From Felis catus (lineage: Eukaryota): a DNA stretch of 64,000 nt. Location: contig NC_058368.1 in the NCBI RefSeq assembly GCF_018350175.1, positions 235,788,001 to 235,852,000 on the forward strand. The letters run 5' to 3'. Under the pieces are notes generated by a model that ran no database searches, had not been told where the DNA came from, and worked only from the letters and a program-made list of their open reading frames with translations. Positions within the stretch are counted from its first letter, which is position 1; each line of letters starts with the position of its first letter. This document shows, in pieces, positions 24,743 to 34,955 of this stretch. A program made the position numbers and the translations under genes.

Positions 24743-25232
24743 TGCTAAAAAGAGAGAAGAAACCACAGGCCCAAGGTGACGTCTCTTAGGCTGTGTCCCC
24801 AAACCAGGGCTTCTACAGAATCTGCTGTGTCGACCTCCGCCAGAAATGTAGACCTCACTGGTCAGTTGGACATTTTTCCATCAGCACCAGGGAATCTGCC
24901 GCTGGGGCCTCTGCATCCCCCAAAGGAAGACGAAGCCGTCATCAGGAGGGGCCCCTGGCTTCCCCCCATGAGAAGGCTGTCTTGCCCAGGGTAATCCTTT
25001 CTTCTGCTAGTACCCTTCTACAAGGTTACTTCCATAAAAGTTACTTAAGTACTTTCATAGAAGTAACCTCGTAGAAAGTCACTTGCCCTCCCCTTCCAGA
25101 AAAACCTTCCATTTTGGACAGCTCCTCGGAGCTCCCCTCTTCTTGCTAGATGGGTGATGCCTGATCCCTGAATCATTTAACAAAGCCAATTAGATCTTCA
25201 GAATTGACTCCGTTGAGTTTTGTTTTACGACG
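24743..25232 (+). mobile_element. Endogenous retrovirus (ERV1-like) solo LTR
   Basis: TG start, AAACCACAGGCCCAAGGTGACGTC 5' motif, AAAACCTTCCATTTTGGACAGCTCCTCGGAGCTCC, and a degenerate polyA-signal region AACAAAGCCAATTAGATCTT; subfamily not assigned. Confidence 0.7.
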
Positions 25233-25424
25233 CCGATGACCCCTCTCTTCCTTGGCTTTCCCTCAACACACAGGAAAGGCTGGTCAGGGCCCAGCACAAG
25301 ACCGGGACACTGGACGTTCATTCCCGGCTTTGGGCACTCTCTGTTTAGGATTTGCCAAATTCATGAGTTATTTTCGATTAAAAATGAAACTAAGTAGAAC
25401 TTAAATTAGAAATTTAATGGTTCA

Positions 25425-25646
25425 GGGGTGCCTGGGTGGCTCAGTCGGTTGAACATCCGACTTCGGCTCAGGTCATGATCTCATGGGTGGTGGGTTTGAG
25501 CCCTGCGTGGGGCTCTGTGCTGACAGCTTGGAGCCTGGAGCCTGCTTCGGATTCTGTGTCTCCCTCTCTCTCTGTTCCTCCCCAACTCACACTGTGTCTC
25601 TCTCAAAAATAGATAAGCTTCAACAAAATTTAATTTAAAAAAACAA
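25425..25646 (+). mobile_element. CanSINE
   Basis: TSD AGAAAT(T/G)TAATGGTTC at 25408-25423 and 25647-25662. Confidence 0.96.
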
Positions 25647-26301
25647 AGAAATGTAATGGTTCTATTCCATCGTACATTAAGCTTTGCTTCTAAATTTTCT
25701 TCCTATTCCATTTCTGCCTTTTTACTTAACTTTCAAAGTTCCTAAAATGTCTTTTCTATGTGTGATCTCTGCCCTTCCAATGCTCTTTTGGACTGATCCT
25801 GCTCAAAGACACTCACAATTTGGAAACCCAAGTCTATTTGGTTTCGCCGACGAATTAAAAATGATGGCATGTGTGTTTTCTACCCCCAGATTTTGCCACA
25901 CTTGATTCATCTATATCTCTCTGCCCTCTGTAAGTAGGTAGCTGTGCTGTTGCTTGTCGGCAGGAAGAACTATTTGAGGGTCAATTGTAGGTGTTGGGGT
26001 CATGCACTCCTATATGCCCAAGGATGTCCCTGGTGGGACATCCGTCCTGGGAAATTTAACTTTGGGGGAGAATCAGTACCACATACAATAAAGGTCTAGA
26101 GTCAGGGTTCAAAACGTGTGTGTGTTTAAGTGAATGGATGCTAGATTCCACAAGAAACCCCTGGTAGCAGTGAGATCAGAAGAGGCTGGAAGGAGAGACT
26201 CAAGATCCGTCCCTGCAGGTTGTGAAAACTCGAGTCATAGAAGATGTTTCATGTGAAAGCGATTTCTTCCTATTTCCAGTTAATTTCTTTAATAATGAAA
26301 T

Positions 26302-26570
26302 GGGGGCACCGGGGTGGCTCATTAACAGAGCTTACATTTTGGCTAGGAAGCTAGAAGCTAAATATAATCACACCCTTAAAATGTCAAGTCACGGCTATGT
26401 AACACTGGTTGCTTTTGACTCAGCTCACGATCTCATGGTTCACGAGATCAAGCCCCGCTTCAGACGCTGGGCTGACAGCATTGGAGCCTGCTCAGGACTG
26501 TCTGTCTGCCTCTCTCTGCCCCTCCCCTGTTTGCTCTCTCTCTCTCTCTCAAAATAAATAAATAAAACTT
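26302..26570 (+). mobile_element. CanSINE whose tRNA-like head is interrupted by an 81-bp non-SINE insert (26323-26403)
   Basis: Head GGGGGCACCGGGGTGGCTCA breaks off and resumes at ...GACTCAGCTCACGATCTCATGGTTC. Confidence 0.93.
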
Positions 26571-26579
26571 TAGTAAGGG

Positions 26580-27225
26580 AATGTGTTTATTGATAGGCAA
26601 AGTGCACAGAGGAAATGTACCAATCCTGAGTGTGTCATCTGATGGGTCTGCACCAATGGAAGGCGCCCAAGTAAGCAGGTGCATCAGGAAGGAGGGCATC
26701 GCCCCTGCCCTCAGCCTGCCCCACCCCACAACTGGATCCTCATCCGCAAGACTGACCCTGCTGACTTCTCAGACCAGGAATTACTTTGCCCTACGTTTGA
26801 TGTTCACAGACATGGAATCACATTGTGTGTTTACCTTGTGTCTGGCTTCCTTTGCCCAACACGTTTGCTTTCTTGAGCATCCTCTGGGCTGTTTTTGACG
26901 CAACTGAGGTACTATTTCTGCTGCGGTGTAATACACCGCAGGGTTGTTTTATTTATCTCTTCTACCATTGATGGATACTTGCCTGATTTTCACTTGTTGC
27001 CCATTAAAAATAGTGCCGTTAGGAACATTTTTGCGCACATCTTTTGGTGCACATGGGTACGTTACAGGTGGGCATGTCATGTATTTGGAAGTTTACTGTA
27101 GTACATACTGGTGAACAGGTTCACAGATTTACTACGGTTCGTCTACATCCTCGCTAAAACTTAGTGCTGTCTGACATTGTAAAATCTTTAAGCTCCTTTA
27201 TTAGTTATGTTGTCCATTCCATTAC
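26580..27225 (-). mobile_element. Old L1M 3' region
   Basis: ACATGGAATCACATTGTGTG...GTCTGGCTTCCTTTGCCCAACA...TCTACCATTGATGGATACTTG is typical antisense L1M 3' sequence. Confidence 0.75.
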
Positions 27226-27252
27226 GTTTTTTTAAATATATATATTTTTAAA

Positions 27253-27465
27253 ATTTTTTTAATGTTTCTTTATTTTTGACAGAGAGAGAGAGACAGAGCA
27301 TGAGCGGAGGAAGGGCAGAAAGAGAGGGAGACACAGAATCCGAAGCAGGCTCCGGGCTCCGAGCTGTCAGCCCAGAGCCCGACGCGGGGCTCGAACTCAC
27401 AGACCGCGAGATCGTGACCTGAGCCGAAGTCGGACGCTCAACCGACGGAGCCACCCGGGCGCCCC
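27253..27465 (-). mobile_element. CanSINE inserted in the tail of the next SINE
   Basis: 20-bp TSD TAAATATATATATTTTTAAA at 27233-27252 and 27466-27485. Confidence 0.96.
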
Positions 27466-27485
27466 TAAATATATATATTTTTAAA

Positions 27486-27682
27486 GTTTATTTATTTTTT
27501 ACAGAGAGAGAGAGAGTGTGAGAGGACAGTGGGGGGTCAAGAGAGAGGAAGAGAAAGAGAGAGAATCCCAAGGAGGCTCTGAGCTGTCAGCACGGGGGGC
27601 TCGATCTCACAACCCGTGAGATCATGACCTGAGCGGAAACCAAGAGTCGGACCCTTAACCGACTGAGCCGCACAAGCACCAC
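27486..27682 (-). mobile_element. Older CanSINE (host of the previous element)
   Basis: GA tract, GAGAATCCCAAGGAGGCTC..., degenerate head. Confidence 0.92.
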
Positions 27683-27782
27683 CCCACCCCCTTCTGGTTT
27701 TACTTATATTTCCTTAATGGCTGGTGAGACTTAGCATTTCTTCCAAGTAACTTTCACTTTTCTGTGCATAAAAGTAAAAACA

Positions 27783-28160
27783 ATCCATTCATGAATTGAT
27801 CAATGCTTCTTAGGCATCTAGAGAGTCTGATGGTGAGCAAAACAGGCAGGTTTCATCCCTAACAGAGCTTACATTTTGGCTAGGGAGCTAGAAGTTAAAT
27901 ACAGCCACACACTTAAAATGTCAAGTCACGGCTGTGTAACTGCTGTAAAAGACAGCCACATGGCATGGTGGTGGAAAACACCGAGAATGCTCTAGTAAGT
28001 CAGAGATTTCCAGGGAGGCTTCTCTGGGAAAAAGTTAAACCTAGCTCAGATCTTAAAGGTTAGTAGGGGTCAATTTGGACCCGAAAGAATGACTGAGATT
28101 TTCAGAAAAGGAAAAGACACGTGCAAAGGCCCTGTGGCCAGGGCATTTAGTGCCTGCTAA
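27783..28160 (-). mobile_element. LINE-2 3' fragment
   Basis: CATTCATGAATT...GAGCTTACATTTTGG...CAGGGAGGCTTCTCTGGG...GTGCAAAGGCCCTGTGG are antisense L2 3' motifs. Confidence 0.75.
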
Positions 28161-29489
28161 CGCTGAAGGCGGAAAGGTCAGCGTTCAACAGGGACAAGCC
28201 GGTTAGCCCTGTCTCCTTTGCCAGACAGCGTCTCGTCGGTATTGGCGTGCCCATCAGTGGGTCTCGATGGAGGCTTTGAAGTCCCTCCCACACAGGCTTA
28301 CTCCCAGGTAGGACGGTCGAGTAAAGCGAGCCCCGGTTCAGTTGTGCCCAGCATACGTCCATTTACGATCGAGAAGGCACAAGCTGTCCATCTATCTGTC
28401 CTCAATGGAAAATCAACACACAAGAGGGGGAGCCCCCTCCTCTGTCCTCAGGCAGGTCCTAGCAGCACCTTGAAGGATCACCCAGCGAACAAAACCACCC
28501 TAAAGGCCGAGTGCAGGGCCCCCTGTGAGGCAGAGAGGCCTGGACGGTGCAGAGTCTTAGAGCTTTGAATGCAAAGCCAAGGGCAGTGAGCACCTGATCC
28601 CTGGATTTTGTGCTTCGTGCAATCTAGGCTATTTGTGATGCGAGTTTCAGATAATTTGAGAGGAATTCAGGTGGTAGGTGGTGAAGTCCTGACAGTCAGG
28701 AGGGAGAGAGCCCAGGGAAAGCCCAGGACCTGGGGAAGGCTGCCCTCTGCCAGGACCCGCGTCCACTCCGTTGCTCCTGGCGGGGGCGAGTCGGATCTGT
28801 TCACTGGGAAGCCGTGCGGGCTGTGCTGTCCTGCTCTGCGCAGGCTCCTCCCTTCTGTGTCTCATCCGGACCTGAATTCCCGCAAGCACCTTCCAGAACC
28901 ACAGGCAGCGGGTCTCCCGGGGCCGAGTTCGCACGCAGCCCTACCCGGCACTGTTTGCTCCAGAATCGAGGAATCTGCACGGGGGGAGCCGGCTGCATCC
29001 GTAGGGGTGAGACCCAGTCCAAAGAGGATGATAAGACTTTTTTTCCCAGTACAATGTAATTAACCGCAGAATGGAAAAGAGTAACTCTCTCAGAGATAAT
29101 GTTGGGAAAAAAAAAAAAAAAAAAAACCCAGCAAGAATAAAATCGTTACAAGTGAAAATTGTCCAGAAATCTTGTTTTAAAAAAATCATTGAAGTGGCTT
29201 CAATAAAACACCTCGTGTTGCCTGCAAAGATCTAAATAAGGTCCTGACAAAATCCCTTGTCTCTCATTCACCTTTCCTTCGGAGGCTGCTGGAGGTGAGG
29301 TGTTTGGACCCTCCGGTCCTTCTCGGCTCAGCAGTGCCCCCTGGTGGCTGATAAAGGGGAAGTGACGCGAAGGACCCTTCCGTGTGTCGCTTAAAGCAGG
29401 ATATAAACAGCTCACCTACTGAGGCTTCCAGAGCTGTCAGATACTCTACTGAAATTCCTTTTTCCATTTTTATTGTAGCGTATCTTCAT

Positions 29490-29810
29490 GTGTATTTATA
29501 TAAATACACATGAATACAAATACAAATATAAATACAATACAAATACAAATACAACTATAAATGTAGTAAAATAAATATACTAAAAATGGTAAAAAATATA
29601 GTAAATATAGTATTAAATACCGTATTTTAAACATAGTAAATACAAATAATATAACTAATATTATATATTAAATTTAATAACATTTAAATATAAATTATTA
29701 TTTATAATAATAAATATGATATATAATAAAATAATATAAAATAATAATATATAATTATAAATGTAATTATACTATTTATAATAAATACTATATAATATAA
29801 TAATAAATAA
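29490..29810. repeat. AT-rich low-complexity tract
   Basis: About 320 bp nearly all A/T, with (AAATAC)n units. Confidence 0.9.
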
Positions 29811-29889
29811 GGAAAGAGCATATTCTTTTACTTGGACAAATGTCTAGATTCATAGGATTATTTTCAGCTTTAAATGAGGTCCTGAGTCA

Positions 29890-30069
29890 GGGCGCCTGGG
29901 TGGCTCAGTCGGTTAAGGGTCTGACTTCACCTCAGGTCATGATCTCCTGGTTCGTGGGTTCCAGCCCTGTGCCGGGCTCTGTTCTGACAGCTCAGGGCCT
30001 GGAGCCTGCTTCAGATTCTGTCTCTCTCTCTCTCTCGGCCCCTCCCCTATCACACTCTGTCTCTCAAAA
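29890..30069 (+). mobile_element. CanSINE (host of an inverted SINE)
   Basis: Head at 29890; imperfect outer TSD at 29872-29887 and 30316-30331. Confidence 0.95.
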
Positions 30070-30085
30070 ATAAACAAATTTTTAA

Positions 30086-30293
30086 TTTTTAAAAATTTTT
30101 TATTTATTTTTGAGACAGAGAGAGACAGAACATGAGCAGGGGAGGGGCAGAGAGAGAGGGAGACACAGAATTGGAAGCAGGCTCCAGCCTCCGAGCTGTC
30201 AGAGCCTGGTGTGGGGCTTGAACCCACGAACTGCAAGATCATGACCTGAGCCGAAGCCGGATGCTTAACCGACTGAGCCACCCAGGCGCCCCC
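30086..30293 (-). mobile_element. CanSINE inserted in opposite orientation in the previous SINE's tail
   Basis: Inner TSD ATAAACAAATTTTTAA 30070-30085 / ATAAATAAGTTTTTAA 30299-30314. Confidence 0.95.
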
Positions 30294-31664
30294 CGCAAAT
30301 AAATAAGTTTTTAAAAAGTGAGGTCCCGTGTAGAAGGCAGTTACCGTGTGTCTGGGAGATTGCGAATATGCAAAAAAATCCACCTGCTATGATACACTTA
30401 GAAATGCCCTGGTGTTCTTGTTCCTTATGTGATCGCCGGTTCAACAGTATTTTCTCAGCCGAACAGAAAGAAATTAGGTGCATCTTTCCTATAGTTTCCT
30501 ATAGTGTAGTTTCCCTGGAGGAGGGTTCGGTCCTCGCCGCCCCCTGGGGCGGGGCTCCCCAGTGACTGGTTGGCTGAGTCTTGGGTCGTCCTGTTCCCAG
30601 CACTATGCATGGCAGGATCAGGAGATTCTTCTCTGGAGAAACTGGTGTGCACCCTGGAAGTGACCCGAGCGGAAGCCTTCCCAGTCCATGAGATGTTGCC
30701 TCAACAAGGACCCACGAGGTTAAAGGACAAAAGTGTGGCTGAGTGGGGGAGTGTGGCCATGCTGGGAAACTGCAGGGGGCCTGAGCCGAGATCCACATGG
30801 GGGTGCCACGTGCTTCCAGCCGTCCTTCCGGTCCTCAGGCTGGGGCTCAGCATCCGGAGCCCTGGCGGGTGGCAGAGTTTTGTCCACATGCCCGGAGTGG
30901 ATTAGGGATCTGATCTACTGCGACCGTGGTAAGAGGCACGAGGGATCGCCTCTCCACTGGGGGCCGTGCCACAGGACAAAAGGAAGCGCTGGGAGCCAAG
31001 GTGGGTACCCTGCCGCCCACCAGACAACTGTCCATGAAAGCGTCGGTGTCCCGCTCCCGGTAAAGCTGGAGGCTGTCGGGCTAACTTGTCCACGTGGTTC
31101 CTGAGAGCCTAAGATCCTCCCGCTTCCAGGAACGAGGCCCTGGAAGCAGTGTGTCATCTCTGCAAAGAGCCGGAGCCCGGCCAATGTCAGGACTGCCACC
31201 CCACCCCCCCACGAAAATAGGTGGTTACCCCCACATCTTTCTAACTAAAAGAAGGCAGGTACTTTCAAAACAAAAGAGTGTGCTCATTTATTACCCGTGT
31301 CTCTGTGCGTGCACGCGTGTGTGTTGATCGTGCACATGCGTGTCTGTGCGTGCGGGTGCACGTAGGCCGGAGCCATCAGGCAGCACAGTCCAGGGGAAGA
31401 GGGAGAGTTTGAAATCAAACCAGGAAGCTGAAAGACCTGACTCTGAATGCCAACTCTTCCCCTCCCTTGTCTGCCCTGGTCCTGAGCATCCGTCTTTCCT
31501 GCGCTGGTGGCCGTGCTGAGGCAGAGGCATCTGGGAGTATCCCAGCTGGTGGCTGGAGGGGCTCCAGGCCCCTCCAGGCATCAGCAGGTGGCGGTTGCTA
31601 TGTTGCGCTTCCCAATTTCTCAACCGTGATTTCCTAGGAATTCTGCACTTTTACCTTGACATTC

Positions 31665-31910
31665 GGTTAGGACCTCTGTCGTATCCAAGTACCACCCACT
31701 AGGTGGCTAAGAACAACACAAGTGTATTCCCTCTTGTCATTCTGGAGGCTAGAAGTTTGAGGTCAAGGCGTAAGCAGAGTTGGTTCCTTCAGGGGCTGTT
31801 AGGAAGAATCTATTTTATGCCTCTGTCCTGGCTTCTGGGAGGTTTGTTGGCAATGTTTGGTGTTCCTTGGCTTATAGAAGCATCCTTCCAATTCTTCTGT
31901 CTGCCTGTCT
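31665..31910 (-). mobile_element. MaLR (MLT1C/D-like) LTR fragment
   Basis: AAGTACCACCCACTAGGTGGCT...TTCTGGAGGCTAGAAGTTTGAGGTCAAGG...TGTTCCTTGGCTTATAGAAGCATC. Confidence 0.8.
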
Positions 31911-32055
31911 GTCTATGTATCCTCTAGTTATCAACCTATTGATCATCTATCTATATCTATAATCTATATCTCTCTGTATAGCACCTATCTATCATCTATC
32001 TATCTCTATCTGTCATCTATCATATTTTTATCTGCCTACTTCCCTATCATCGATC
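31911..32055. repeat. Degenerate (CTAT)n repeat
   Basis: Directly visible. Confidence 0.8.
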
Positions 32056-33994
32056 TGAGAACACTTTTCAAATTACACGTGCTATTCTTTCACTAAGCAA
32101 TCACTTTTAAGAGGAGCCTATACAAACATATATTTTTGATTATATGATTGCAGTCATGAGAGGTATTAATTATTGGTGTGGTCCAAGTAATTTGAACCAG
32201 AAAAACGATTTCAACCTGTGTGTGAAAAATAAGGCATATGGTGTTATACGTAGTTTTAATTCATCTGACCAGCAGAGGGCACTCCAAGCTTAACTTTGGA
32301 ATGGATTTCTGTTTTCTTGTTTTTTTTTTTGTTTGTTTTTGTTTTTGTTTTTACTACGTCTTCAATCAAAAACGATTGCAAATCAATTAGAAATCCATCT
32401 GCATGTATTAGGTGTGTCCACAGCATCTTCCAAGAGAAGAAATAAAGAAACTTTGCCTCCATTAACCCATATACAAATTAAAGGTTTGGGATGTATTGAT
32501 TACTCCAGGGTCCGCTTTTTTGAGAAATAATTTAATATTTGACAAGTCTCTTTAAGCAGAAGTTGCTTGAATTTTTAGGGAGACAGAATGTGACATCTAT
32601 CATAGGTTGTGGCTGAAATTTTGAAGCAGGTTCACTCCGTTACAAGAATGGACATTTTAAGGGATTGGCATTAATTCCAAACAATTGATTTAATTCATTT
32701 ACGACTGCATTTATAGTACTAATGAGTAAACGTCAGAAGATATCAGATATTTGTTTTCATGTTGCCACTATGAGATGTGTTCTTTGTTGAGTATATGAGA
32801 ATAAGTGGTTAAAACCTCTCCTTTAACTTCTTCTTGTTTGTTTATACATAAGATATCCACAGTTTCCTAACATACTCAAAATGAGAATATATTATCTCAG
32901 AGGCTGCCTGTTTAGAAGTTCGTATTGTATTCACAGTGTTCCTGACGAGGATATTACTATCTAAAAGCATTACTTGGGACTGGATAAGGGGATTTTATTT
33001 GCTACTTATCCTCTCATTTAGGTCAACTACTGAATATGAATTGACCAGTTGACAGCTATCTGGAAAACAGATAAACTTATCTAATACTGTTTTGAATAGA
33101 TTCATGAATTTAAATTACCTGCCTCCTAGAAGTCGCTAAAATGGTCCAGGAGAGAACATCCTTCTAAACTTGGTAAATCATTCATCAATTGAAATGTATT
33201 TAAAATGGCTGACACCTTCCAATTCCTGAAACTCTCTCCAAACTACTGACTAAAAATCAAACTGTATTTCCTAATTGTAGTTGATGAGTGGGCAATGGAA
33301 AGTCTCTCTTAGGGAGCAAAGATATGCAGGGTCTGAAATCTTGACTACTATGGCACTCCCCAGATTTTAGCACAGTTCAGATAGAAGCCTGGGTTTGCTC
33401 TCTCAGATTTAATAAAAAACAAATGTTCAGTTTGATCTCGTAAGGAAGAAGCTGGGATTGCTGAAAGAGGGTGTGACGCAGGCTGTGGCTCAGTGGTGAC
33501 AAAATATGAGACTGGGAAGCAACCATCTGTTCTGGACATCTCGTTGAGTCAACTAGTTTGCAGCTGTTGAGATGCTGACCTGAGGGTTGTGAGGGAGACA
33601 TTACTTGTGTTGTCCTGTGGGGTCTTACCTTCACCATCTTTAAACAAAGCAAGGATGGCCAGGCCAGGAACTGTGACGTCTGACCATGGCTCATGATGGA
33701 GACGTCCTGGACCGCCATGTTTAATGCTCAGACCACACCTCCAGCCCTCGGATGATTGGAATAGACATTGACCTGAGGACAAGCTTCTGCGGGCTGGCCC
33801 ATGTCCAGAATGGGGCCTGGAAAAGAAAACAAGATACACCAGTTGCCAACTATTTTGAGAAACTGACCAAGAAAATATCCAGAGAAGGCGCAGGATGAAA
33901 ATTTGCATCGAATGCATCTCGAGACAGCGTTGGGCCAAAAGGAGTTATGATAAGCTCAAGTTGTCACAATGCATGAGCAAGTAGAAGGTACGAG

Positions 33995-34090
33995 TCTGTA
34001 AAATGGGCCTGAAAATAACAATCTCAGAGTGTTGTTGCTATGAATAAATTATTAGATGCTAAGTCCTGGCGGCAGTGCCTGGCTCACGGC
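33995..34090 (+). repeat. MIR fragment
   Basis: TCTGTAAAATGGG...TCTCAGAGTGTTGTTG...CAGTGCCTGGCTCAC. Confidence 0.65.
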
Positions 34091-34745
34091 CATGTCCGCA
34101 TACGCATCTGCTGGTATCTGTAGTGCTGTCGGCATTTCTGTTGAGGTCACTGCCTCCTCAGCCCACCCCTGAGGAATGTGGGATCTTCTAACTCTGCTCC
34201 ATGATGTGTGTGATGGAAGCACATGGGCACAACTCAACTGTAGTTGGGCCGGAAGATGTCAGAGCCTCTGTCAAGGTTTCCACGCCTGCTGTGTGTGAGT
34301 CAGGATTCCCTCCGGCTCTCATTCTACGTCTTCCTGTCTCTTCTCTCTGGCGTTTCTACTTCCTGAAGATGCACTGATGTGAACTCAGGTCTGTCGACAT
34401 GGGCCTTGCTCTGTCTTCCTGCTCCCCACTCTTGTCCACACCATGGTTTAACCCACTGTTGCTGTGCACTGAGCTCCCAAGCCCTGGCTCTTTCCAGGTC
34501 AAGTCAAAGGATAACTAGAGAGTGTCACACGGTAGGGAAGACATCTCTCCAGCTTTCAAACCCAGTCTACATATTGACCTATAGATTTCTATGTTTTAGC
34601 AAATATTTATATGTTCACTGAGGAGTCTTTTCATTTAATCAGAAATTAATGTTCACGTCCAGTAAACATGACATTAGCATCAATTACAATCATTTATTTA
34701 TATGTCCTAACATATGGTTGATGAGTTAAGAAATATCCTATTATT

Positions 34746-34955
34746 GGTGCGCCTGGGTGGCTCAGTATGTTAAGTGTCCGACTTCGGCTCAGGTCATGAT
34801 CTCGCGATTCGTGGGCTCGAGCCCCACATCAGGCTCTGTGCTGACAGCTCCGAGCCTGGAGCCTGCTTCGGATTCTCTGTCTCCCTCTCTCTCTGTCCCT
34901 CCCCCCGCTTAGGCTCTGTCTTTCAAAAATAAATATCAAAAAAAAAAAGAAAAAA
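34746..34955 (+). mobile_element. CanSINE
   Basis: Perfect 17-bp TSD AAGAAATATCCTATTAT at 34728-34744 and 34956-34972. Confidence 0.97.
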
